DNA of 64,000 nt from Armatimonadota bacterium (GTDB taxonomy: Bacteria; Armatimonadota; SYMT01), in contig JAWLHY010000006.1 of assembly GCA_041690135.1 (NCBI GenBank), positions 358,337-422,336 on the forward strand, read 5' to 3'. Positions 29,042 to 37,084 of this stretch are shown here, piece by piece. Positions within the stretch are counted from its first letter, which is position 1, and every line of letters starts with the position of its first letter. The translations under genes and the position numbers were made by a program. The notes below the pieces were generated by a model. The model saw only the letters and a list, made by a program, of their open reading frames with translations. It did not search any database and was not told where the DNA came from.

Positions 29042-30174
29042 AGCTCTCTCAGCGCCGCCTCCAGCTCTTCGCGCACCCAGTCCTCTTCTTCCGCGTCCAG
29101 GCGCCGACGCACGGCATCGCCGGCCGCCGGTCCGCCCAGACGGCCCAACGCCCATGCCGCGTGCCCACGGACCAGGGGCTCCTCGTGCTCCAGCGCCCGG
29201 ACCAGCGCGGGTACCGCGGCCGGATCTCCACTATTCCCGAGGGCAACACACACGTTGCGCAGGAGGCCCTGTCGCTTGGTCCGCTTCACCGGGCTGCGGC
29301 GGAACGTTTCCTGGAACTGCTCCACCGTCATCTCCAGGAGCGGGATCAACTCCGGCGCCTTCAGGGCGTCCCGGGGCGCCAGGCGGGGGTCCGAACCCAC
29401 CGCGGCCTTGCGGTTCCACGGGCACACCTCCTGGCAAATATCACACCCAAAGATCCAATTGCCGATGAGCGGCCGCATTTCTCGCGGGATAGGCCCCCGG
29501 AGTTCGATGGTGAGGTAGGAGATGCAGCGGCGGGCATCCAGCACGTACGGGGCAACGAAGGCTCCCGTGGGGCAGGCGTCCTGGCACCGGGTGCAGGTGC
29601 CACAGTGCGCGGAGACGGCGCCGTCGGGCGGCAGCTCCACGTTCAACAGCAGGGCACCCAGGAAGAAGTAGCTTCCCTGGCGCGTGTTGAGGAGGCAGGT
29701 GTTCTTGCCGAACCACCCCAGCCCCGCGCGCGCGGCGAGATCCCGTTCCAGAAGAGGGCCGGTATCCACGTAGTAGCGCCCGGCCAGGTCGCGAGGGCCC
29801 CACTGCACCGCCCAGGCACGCAGTCGCCGGAGCTTTCCGGCAATCACCTCGTGGTAGTCCTCCCCTACCGCGTAGCGGGCGAACTGTCCCCGGCTGGGAT
29901 CGTGCCGTTCCGCCGGGTCGGGCTCCCAGGTGTGGTAGTTGAGCCCCGCGACAAGGATGGAAGCGGTCTCCGGCCAGACGATGCCGGGGTCCGAGCGCCG
30001 CTCCGGATCGCGCGTCAGGTAGTGCATCTCGCCGGCGCGACCGTCCCGCACCCAGTCGAGGTACGCCTGGCGTGTCTCGGCGGGCGTGGCGGCCGCAATC
30101 CCCGCCAGCTCAAATCCCTCGCGCTTCGCTGCCTCCAGCAACCGCTGCTTGAACTCCGTCGCATCCCATTCCAT
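29026..30174 (-). CDS. queG: tRNA epoxyqueuosine(34) reductase
   Basis: RYA.GEDYH, VDTGPLLER, CGTCTRCQDACP, GCDICQEVCPWN and a HEAT-like tail. Confidence 0.95.
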   Translation of the reverse strand: MEWDATEFKQRLLEAAKREGFELAGIAAATPAETRQAYLDWVRDGRAGEMHYLTRDPERRSDPGIVWPETASILVAGLNYHTWEPDPAERHDPSRGQFARYAVGEDYHEVIAGKLRRLRAWAVQWGPRDLAGRYYVDTGPLLERDLAARAGLGWFGKNTCLLNTRQGSYFFLGALLLNVELPPDGAVSAHCGTCTRCQDACPTGAFVAPYVLDARRCISYLTIELRGPIPREMRPLIGNWIFGCDICQEVCPWNRKAAVGSDPRLAPRDALKAPELIPLLEMTVEQFQETFRRSPVKRTKRQGLLRNVCVALGNSGDPAAVPALVRALEHEEPLVRGHAAWALGRLGGPAAGDAVRRRLDAEEEDWVREELEAALRELCSTS

Positions 30175-30211
30175 GGGGAGGATGGTACCACTGCGGGGGA
30201 GGATGGAGCAA

Positions 30212-30394
30212 GGCTTCGCCGATTAGGATGAAGATTTGGATGAGGATAAGGACGAGGAAGATAAGGATAAAGATAAGGAAGGATGAGGATGAGGATGAGG
30301 ATGAGGACGGAGTAGATAAGGACGAAGACGATAAGGATAAGGATCCGCGGCTTCGCCGATTAGGATGAGGATTAGGACGAGGATAAGGATGAGG
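30212..30394. repeat. Purine-rich hexamer tract (GGATAA/GGATGA/GATTAG)n with a duplicated 20-bp head
   Basis: GGCTTCGCCGATTAGGATGA at 30212 and 30349, each followed by hexamer runs. Confidence 0.85.
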
Positions 30395-30438
30395 TGCACA
30401 GAGAAGCCCGGGCGCGTCCGCCCGGGCTTCTCTGTGCA
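30395..30438 (-). terminator. Long hairpin, probable terminator of the 30483-30689 ORF
   Basis: TGCACAGAGAAGCCCGGGCG-CGTC-CGCCCGGGCTTCTCTGTGCA. Confidence 0.65.
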
Positions 30439-30482
30439 ATCTATTGGCCCGTTTCGGGCAATCGGTCTCGCCGGAATGGCGA

Positions 30483-30689
30483 TCAGGCGGCGACGGCGGT
30501 CTCACCAATGGTGGCGATGGCGGCGTCGGCGGCGCGCAGGGCGGCGCGGACTTCTTCCGCCGCCTGCAGCGATTCCGGCCGGGTGCAGCCGCGGCTCGCG
30601 GCGCGAGCGCTGCGGATGGCATCCCGCCACGAGGTGTGCCCGTAGTTCAACTGAAGAATAATGAAGGCCAAGCGCTGTCGAGATGTCAT
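30483..30689 (-). CDS. Small hypothetical protein (68 aa)
   Basis: RBS TAAGGA before ATG, extended -10 TGATATACT at 30742-30750, downstream hairpin. Confidence 0.6.
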   Translation of the reverse strand: MTSRQRLAFIILQLNYGHTSWRDAIRSARAASRGCTRPESLQAAEEVRAALRAADAAIATIGETAVAA

Positions 30690-31138
30690 CTGTTTCCTTA
30701 CAAATCACTCGCAAAATGGCGGGCTACCCGCAAACCAAGGGAGTATATCACCCGCGTCAAGAGGTCCACTTTAACTGTGGGTTAACCTCTGCCTACCTGG
30801 CGCCGAACGGGGTCCGCCACGGGTGCACACACAAGCTCGGAGTGTAGCGGAACGGACGACACCGAGTCAAGAGACAATTGTTGAATAGTTGTTCGCACGC
30901 ATCAGATTGAGAGTCCCGGTGACCTATACAGGTTCTACCGTGAGCCGGAAACAAGCATACCGAAAGGTCGCTAAGGGACATGCTCGCCACCGCTCCAGCC
31001 ACACTTGAGCTTCGCCAAGAAATAAATTTGTGCGGGGGGGCTATAAGAAGGATGTGTGGCTATTTTCAGTGAAATGGCAGGCGGTTGCCAGAGTACCGGA
31101 CAGCTCAGAGGCTACTTCAACAACAAGAGGAGAGTACG

Positions 31139-31702
31139 ATGAGAGCAAGAGACCTGAAACAGGCTGTGCGCCGTGGCGCCGTGGTCCTCGCCGGCACGAC
31201 GTTGGCCTTCTATGCCTGCGCAGCCGCTGCCGTTTCCGTTGCTGTAGCACCTGCAACCGGAACCTACCTCGCAACTACTGCTGGGGGTGGTCTCCAAGCG
31301 GAGATCGAGGTGCGCGGACACCTCAGCTACGCAACAAGCCAGGGGCAGGGCGGCACCTACTACTACTGGCCGACACACACAGACAATGACTGCGGCAATT
31401 CCTACTGTTCTGGCGGCAGAGTGGGGTATCAGAGGTATGCCTGTAAGGCCGGGACCGGTTTGGGTAGCGACAACGTGGACTGTGAGTTCTACGGGGACTG
31501 CCGCCTATTCAAAGGGAGCACTGCAATGACGCCACTGAATCCCCAATTGTACATCATGAACTATGATGGTGAAGTTAGCGAAGATCCCTGGTACGCCGGT
31601 TCAGGGTTCACCACCAATTTGACTGTCCAGTTCAAAGTGGGTGCGTGGCCAAGCGACGACGAGGAGAACTGGACAGCAGTAACGGCTTCACCCGGCCTGT
31701 AG
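31139..31702 (+). CDS. Secreted Cys/Tyr/Gly-rich hypothetical protein
   Basis: GAGGAG RBS, signal-peptide-like N-terminus, visibly lower GC than flanks. Confidence 0.7.
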   Translation: MRARDLKQAVRRGAVVLAGTTLAFYACAAAAVSVAVAPATGTYLATTAGGGLQAEIEVRGHLSYATSQGQGGTYYYWPTHTDNDCGNSYCSGGRVGYQRYACKAGTGLGSDNVDCEFYGDCRLFKGSTAMTPLNPQLYIMNYDGEVSEDPWYAGSGFTTNLTVQFKVGAWPSDDEENWTAVTASPGL

Positions 31703-31716
31703 CCGGACATTTGCGA

Positions 31717-33129
31717 ATGAAGACTATGAAACGCGCAAGGGCACTTGTACTTGTTGCCGGTAGTATTGCCTTTGGAGCTACAGTGACTCTCCAGGCGGCG
31801 CCACCGGACCAACGTCTGGGGAAGGTGTTTACCTGTTCAGTTCCCCGAGCCTCGCTGGAGACGGGATTGCGTGCCCTGGGACGTGACGCCGGAGTACCGC
31901 TGGCCAGCGGTACTCCGGCCCTGGCTCGCCGGCCGGTCCTCTTGTACGTACGAGGTCAGTCCGTAGAATCCGTCATGGGCCAGATTGGCGCGTTTTTCTC
32001 CACGTCTCCGGGTCGGTGCGTGTGGCAGCCGGCGAAGCTCGACGGGGTGTCCGGCTACCTGTTCCGAGAAGAGGCACGTAGCCGGGAGGCCCGCACCCGC
32101 CTGATGAAGCAATTGCGTAAGGACCGGGCGCGCTCCGTGCAGGCCGATCTGGATCTGGCACTTCGCCTGGCAAACCAAGATGACACTTCGTTACAGGCGC
32201 AGCGGAAAAAGCACCCGGGGCACGCCTTCTGGATGCCGGCCCTGAAGTGGAACCTCCGATTATTAGCCGATCTGCCTGAACTTACCCGGGCAAAGTTGCT
32301 TTCGGGCGAGGTGGTTCGTTGGCGCTGCCGCGACATGTCTCCCCGGCAGATCGCGTACATCCGGCAATTCTTTGGCGGCAGGACGTCTGCGCGCACGAGT
32401 CTTCCGGGGCGTCCCGGATATTACCTGGAATGGAAGCTCGATCGCGACCTTCCGGGGTCCGAAGTCATCTTTCGCCTCTCGGGCAAGCCGGACCGTCCCG
32501 GCATTTTAATGACGATACCTACACTCCCCAACAGGCGAATCGGACATCCCGATATTCTGCATCCGGGCATCCCACGCGATGGCGCCCCCGATTGGGTGAG
32601 GAACATCCATGCCCAACGAGACCGCGCTCTGGCAGAGGAGCGAGCGCGGCTGCGTACCCGCTACGCTTCCGACGCGTCCCTGCAGAAGGTGATCACCGTC
32701 AGAGCGACCGTTCCCGGTCCCGATCCGTTCGGTTCGGGAAAAACCGTACCGCTCTCCGCGGAATGGACGGATGCGATGAGGCAGGTGGCAGACCAATCGG
32801 GTCTGAGCGTTCTAGGTGACTACGATCCGATCTGGCAAGACTACTATTGCTGGAGCGACCCCGTGACCCCCGGTCGCCCGCACCAGAAGCGGATGAGGAA
32901 CGCGGTGTCGGGACCGCTCTGGCAGGTGATGGAGGACCTATCCCGCTACTTCGATGTGGAATGGGAGAAAAAAGGACCGTTTCTGCTCGTCCGCAGCCGA
33001 CGGGTGATCTATGCCGTGATGGACGGTATTGACCTGTTGGATACCCGTAAACCGCCGCCAATCAAGTATCCCGACCCGGATGATCCCGCTTCACGAGAAC
33101 GGATCGTGTATGATCCCTCGAAAGAGTAG
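31717..33129 (+). CDS. Exported hypothetical protein with two STN/secretin-N0-like domains
   Basis: Signal peptide; segments DQRLGKVFT..L..L....GVPL and DASLQKVITV..M..VA..SGLSV..W. Confidence 0.6.
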   Translation: MKTMKRARALVLVAGSIAFGATVTLQAAPPDQRLGKVFTCSVPRASLETGLRALGRDAGVPLASGTPALARRPVLLYVRGQSVESVMGQIGAFFSTSPGRCVWQPAKLDGVSGYLFREEARSREARTRLMKQLRKDRARSVQADLDLALRLANQDDTSLQAQRKKHPGHAFWMPALKWNLRLLADLPELTRAKLLSGEVVRWRCRDMSPRQIAYIRQFFGGRTSARTSLPGRPGYYLEWKLDRDLPGSEVIFRLSGKPDRPGILMTIPTLPNRRIGHPDILHPGIPRDGAPDWVRNIHAQRDRALAEERARLRTRYASDASLQKVITVRATVPGPDPFGSGKTVPLSAEWTDAMRQVADQSGLSVLGDYDPIWQDYYCWSDPVTPGRPHQKRMRNAVSGPLWQVMEDLSRYFDVEWEKKGPFLLVRSRRVIYAVMDGIDLLDTRKPPPIKYPDPDDPASRERIVYDPSKE

Positions 33130-33964
33130 CTGAACTTCCCTTTCCGGCATTAAATGGGGGCACCTCGGAGTTGCGTCGGCCCCATTGATCGAGGGTGCGC
33201 GCCCAGGGGTGGGCTTCGATCCAGAGGGTAAGGGAATGCTTTTCGGCCCAGACGTGGAAGAGCACCAGGGCGGCGACGACGCCCGCCTGGAGCGCGGGCG
33301 GGAGCATCAGCGCGCCAACTACCCCCAGCAGGGCGCCCAACGCGTTGGAGCCGGTATCTCCGAGCATCAGCTCCGCACGGGCCTCGCGGCGAGCATAGGG
33401 CAGGGTGAGGCTCCAGGTCTGGGTGAGAAGCAGTGGCCCCGCCAATGTCGGTATTAGGCCGAGCAGCCAAAAGATCTTGAGCGCCCGGAGTGGGCGGAGA
33501 TCCAGCAGGTTGAAGGCGTTGGCGGAGAGGGCAATCAGGGGCGCCGCGGTGACGGGAGTGCTCGGAGCGGGGACCCAGAAGGAGAGGGTGAGAGCCAGCA
33601 CTCCCCCGCCCGCGGCTTTGAGCATGCCGGTAGTGATCCGGCCCCGGCGGAGCGCCCCCAGGTGGCCGCGCAGCCCCTTGAACTCCGCCGTGCCCCAGCG
33701 ATCATCGATCAGGCCCAGGAGACCGAACCCCACCACGGCTACCGCGCAGAGGCGGGAGGCAGGATCGGCTGCGAAGAGCCACGGCAGGGCGCCGACCACG
33801 AAGAGCAGTCCCGCGCCGCTGCCAATTGGCTCCCCCCGGAAGTTGGTCCGTTCCAGGCCCATTGCCTTCAGCAGGGGCGGCAGCGGCAGCACCAGGAGGG
33901 CGCCGAGACCCAGGGAGAGGACCAGTACCAGGAGGCGGAGGGAGAGATCGGAGATAGCAGGCAT
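33062..33964 (-). CDS. Glycosyltransferase family 4 (MraY/WecA-like polyprenyl-P sugar-P transferase homolog)
   Basis: TNFRG, GLIDDRWG, NAFNLLDLRP and MLGDTGSNALG motifs; TM segments. Confidence 0.8.
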   Translation of the reverse strand: MPAISDLSLRLLVLVLSLGLGALLVLPLPPLLKAMGLERTNFRGEPIGSGAGLLFVVGALPWLFAADPASRLCAVAVVGFGLLGLIDDRWGTAEFKGLRGHLGALRRGRITTGMLKAAGGGVLALTLSFWVPAPSTPVTAAPLIALSANAFNLLDLRPLRALKIFWLLGLIPTLAGPLLLTQTWSLTLPYARREARAELMLGDTGSNALGALLGVVGALMLPPALQAGVVAALVLFHVWAEKHSLTLWIEAHPWARTLDQWGRRNSEVPPFNAGKGSSATLSRDHTRSVLVKRDHPGRDT

Positions 33965-33984
33965 TGGGTGGAAAGATCAGGCGT

Positions 33985-34119
33985 ACGGGGTACCGGGCAA
34001 TTCATGCGGAGCGCAGTGCAACCCCTACGGGCCGTATGGCTGCGCACGAAGTTTGCTCGGGCAGTGCAACTGCCCGAGATCACGGGGTACCCGGCAATCC
34101 ATGCGGAGCGCAGTGCAAC
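33985..34119. repeat. Two 38-bp direct repeats flanking a hairpin, REP-like
   Basis: ACGGGGTACC(G/C)GGCAAT(T/C)CATGCGGAGCGCAGTGCAAC at 33985 and 34082; hairpin at 34056-34078. Confidence 0.75.
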
Positions 34120-34320
34120 TCCCCGTGATCGCGCTGGACCAAGACATTTTGAGACTACGGGGTGTGTGGAAGGACCTGGGCAGGTACGGTCCACCAATTG
34201 GTAGCCGACACCCGCGCGCGGGTACCCGGCGCCGTCACTCCGGCAAGCTTCGTCGACCTGAGTGGAGAAAAAGGTTTGTGCAGAGCGGTCAAGAACTTTT
34301 CAGATACTTCCCCCAATCCA

Positions 34321-35016
34321 TTAGCGGAGCTTGTGCCAGCGGCGGAGGATGGCCAGCGCCACGTAGAGGAACTGCCGCCCCCGGTGCCGGAAGCCCGCCC
34401 AGTTGCGGCCGGTGACCCGGTGCGACATGGTCGTCGGCACTTCCACAACGCGAAGACCCAGGCGCGCGGCATCGAGGTTGAGCCCCATCTCCACCCCGAA
34501 GTCCGCATCCAACCGGCCAATGCGCTCCCAGGCTTTGCGCGACATGGCGCGCTGGCCGGAGAGTGGCGACTGCATCGGAGCGCCGCCGGCGCGGCGAATC
34601 CCCCACCGGGCCAGGGTCAGCACCATCCCGAAACCGGCACGCCGGCCGGGTGTTCGGGGGAAGGATGCCACCGTCACGTCCGCCGCACCGTCAAGGATCG
34701 GCGCCAGCAGATGCGCTGCTTCGCCGGCCGACTGGCGGAGATCGGCGTCCAACAGAACCAGGATCTCGCCTTTCGCTTTCGCGAGCCCGGCAGTCAATGC
34801 GGCGCCCTTTCCGTGGTTCCGCCGTAGACGTACCACCCGTGCACCCGCGGATTCCGCCTCTTCCGCGGTTGCGTCGGGAGAGCCGTCGTCGACCACGATC
34901 ACTTCCGGGATGAGGTCGGGCAAAGCATCCATTCCGGCCAGCACCGCCGTGACGGTTTCGCCCACCCGACCGGCCTCCGCGTAGGCCGGGATAATCACCG
35001 AGACAGTCCGCGTCAC
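34321..35016 (-). CDS. Glycosyltransferase family 2
   Basis: VIIPAY, VVDDGSPD, NHGKG, LDADL and PLSGQR motifs. Confidence 0.9.
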   Translation of the reverse strand: MTRTVSVIIPAYAEAGRVGETVTAVLAGMDALPDLIPEVIVVDDGSPDATAEEAESAGARVVRLRRNHGKGAALTAGLAKAKGEILVLLDADLRQSAGEAAHLLAPILDGAADVTVASFPRTPGRRAGFGMVLTLARWGIRRAGGAPMQSPLSGQRAMSRKAWERIGRLDADFGVEMGLNLDAARLGLRVVEVPTTMSHRVTGRNWAGFRHRGRQFLYVALAILRRWHKLR

Positions 35017-35900
35017 GGCCGCTCCAGGGAGGGAATGGGACGGGAAGCCCCAACTTTGGTGCCAAACCGGCCATCCGCGCCGGCGAGCGCGAGGATCACG
35101 GAGAGCTGGCCCGACGCCGTATCGACATTGTCGACGGTCGCGAAGCCCCGCCGGCCCGCCTGTTCAACAGTGCTCGGGAAGGTCTCTTCCGGCTCGGCGA
35201 CGACGACCCGCAACCCCACCTGCCGGGCGGCGTCCAGGACCCGAACATCCGGCACTTCGCCAGCCACGACCGCGGTTGCCCGCTCCTCGGAAGGCACGCC
35301 CGTGAGGACCAGGAGCCGCCGGAGCGGACGGCGGTAGTCGCCCCGCAGGGAGATCCCCGTTTCACGGCAGAGCTCCTCCAGGCGTTGCGCCGAATCCCCA
35401 CGGGAAAGCGCCTTGACCAGCCAGCCCGCGGCCTCGTGGAGATGAGGCTCATCCGCACCCTCACCGCTATCCCAAACGGTCGCATAGCGCAGGCGCGCCT
35501 CCGGAGAAAGGGAACGCAGTTGATCCGGCACTCGAGCCACGGGCCCGATCTCCGCTCCCGCCAGCTTGACGGCGGTCTCCAGTTCCCCCCAGAACCGGCG
35601 TTCGTCCAGGGCGCCGCAGATGATCACCCCCACCACGGAGCCCGGCAGGCGGCTGCGCACCGCAAGCGGCAGCAACTCGCGAATAGCCTGATCCTGCCCG
35701 GTGAGGCGGCGGCGCACGGCGTCGTTTTCGGTCTGGACGCGCTGGTTCTCCGTGCGCAGTAATTCGAATTGGTTGCGGAGGCCCTCATACGCCGCGTCCC
35801 GCCGGTCGGGGCTTCCCAGCGCGGAACCGGTCATCAGGCCGATGGCGAGCGCCAGGAAGATACCGATGAGGGTCAGGCCCAGGTAGCGGAGATCGATCAT
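35013..35900 (-). CDS. steB: SteB/MctB-like ('copper transporter', DUF3186) protein
   Basis: MIDLRY..LIGIFLALAIG, coiled coil, TVDNVDT..GQ; follows steA. Confidence 0.8.
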   Translation of the reverse strand: MIDLRYLGLTLIGIFLALAIGLMTGSALGSPDRRDAAYEGLRNQFELLRTENQRVQTENDAVRRRLTGQDQAIRELLPLAVRSRLPGSVVGVIICGALDERRFWGELETAVKLAGAEIGPVARVPDQLRSLSPEARLRYATVWDSGEGADEPHLHEAAGWLVKALSRGDSAQRLEELCRETGISLRGDYRRPLRRLLVLTGVPSEERATAVVAGEVPDVRVLDAARQVGLRVVVAEPEETFPSTVEQAGRRGFATVDNVDTASGQLSVILALAGADGRFGTKVGASRPIPSLERP

Positions 35901-37084
35901 CGCAGACCATGCCTCCGCAGCCAGACCTCGATACTCATCCCGATGACCCCCAGCCACCGCTGCAAGCCCGCGGAGTTCGCCAGCACGACCAGGATGGGCA
36001 GGACGGCGGAGATACACACGCCGGCTACCAGCGAGGGAGAAAGGCCAGGGCGGTAAAGGCGGGAAAGCCCCTTGGCGTCGACCAGGATGGACCCGACACG
36101 CAGCCGCGTGAGGAAGGTACTGGCCATGCCGTGGCGGCGCTTGTCCAGGAACTCGATCAGGGAAAAATGGGTCCCCACGATGGCGATCAGCGAGGCTCCG
36201 CCCTGGTGGGCCAGCAGGAGCGCCACGTCTTCCGAGGTGCCCGGAGCCGGAAGCAAGTGCCTGGGCAAACCCAGCCGGCTCACCCGCCGGAGACCCGGGC
36301 TCTCCCTGCCATCCGTGTAGGTGTGCACCACCAACTCCGCCCCACAGCGCAGCGCCGCATCCGAGGCACTGTCCATGTCACCGATGATTACGTGGGGTTT
36401 GAAACCGGCTTCCAGGAGCGCATCGGCACCGCCATCCACCGCCACCAGGATGGGATGCTGCTCGCGAATATAGGGAAGAACCCACTGCAGGTCCTGCTTA
36501 TATCCGGGGCCTCGAACCACCACCAGCACGGACCGGTTGTGGAACGAGACTTTGAGCGGCGGCATGGGTAGGTCGTCGAAGGCCAGGTCCTTCTCCGACT
36601 GCAAATATTCCAGCGTGTTGCGGGCGAACGCTTCCAACTCTCGGCCGAGGTTTCCCCGCGCCGCCTGGAGCTTTTCGTCCAGAAGCTGCGGAGTGAGGAG
36701 CGTGCCCCGCGCTACCAGGCGGTTCTCGACAAAAAGCTCATCCCCGCGAATTTCGACGCTCTGGCCCTCTGCGAGCGTCTCCATCAACTCCGGACCGCAT
36801 GCATCCAGGAGCGGCACTCCCGCTTCCAGCAGGATGCCGGGGCCGCCGTTGGGATAGCGACCGGTGACGCTCGGCGCGGCATTCACTACCGCCCGGGGAC
36901 GACGTTCCAGCAGCGCGTAAGCGGCGGCGGCGTCGAGGTCGGCGTGGTCGATGACGGCGATCTCGCCCTCCCGCAGGCGCGGGCAGAGGTTTTTGGTCCG
37001 CCGGTCGACGCGGACGCGGCCGGAAAGCCGCCCGTCAGTGAGCGACAGGCTGCTGTCCGGCCGCTGCCAACAGCTCGCGAGCAT
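35897..37084 (-). CDS. steA: Putative cytokinetic ring protein SteA
   Basis: DRRTKNL, IDHADLD, SVTGRYPN.GP, VDGGADAL and GMASTFLTRLRVG. Confidence 0.9.
   Translation of the reverse strand: MLASCWQRPDSSLSLTDGRLSGRVRVDRRTKNLCPRLREGEIAVIDHADLDAAAAYALLERRPRAVVNAAPSVTGRYPNGGPGILLEAGVPLLDACGPELMETLAEGQSVEIRGDELFVENRLVARGTLLTPQLLDEKLQAARGNLGRELEAFARNTLEYLQSEKDLAFDDLPMPPLKVSFHNRSVLVVVRGPGYKQDLQWVLPYIREQHPILVAVDGGADALLEAGFKPHVIIGDMDSASDAALRCGAELVVHTYTDGRESPGLRRVSRLGLPRHLLPAPGTSEDVALLLAHQGGASLIAIVGTHFSLIEFLDKRRHGMASTFLTRLRVGSILVDAKGLSRLYRPGLSPSLVAGVCISAVLPILVVLANSAGLQRWLGVIGMSIEVWLRRHGLR

Noticed and set aside
30110-30661. ORFs spanning the hexamer tract (poly-Ser, IL or RI repeats)
   Set aside because: Artefacts of translating a non-coding repeat tract and terminator hairpin.
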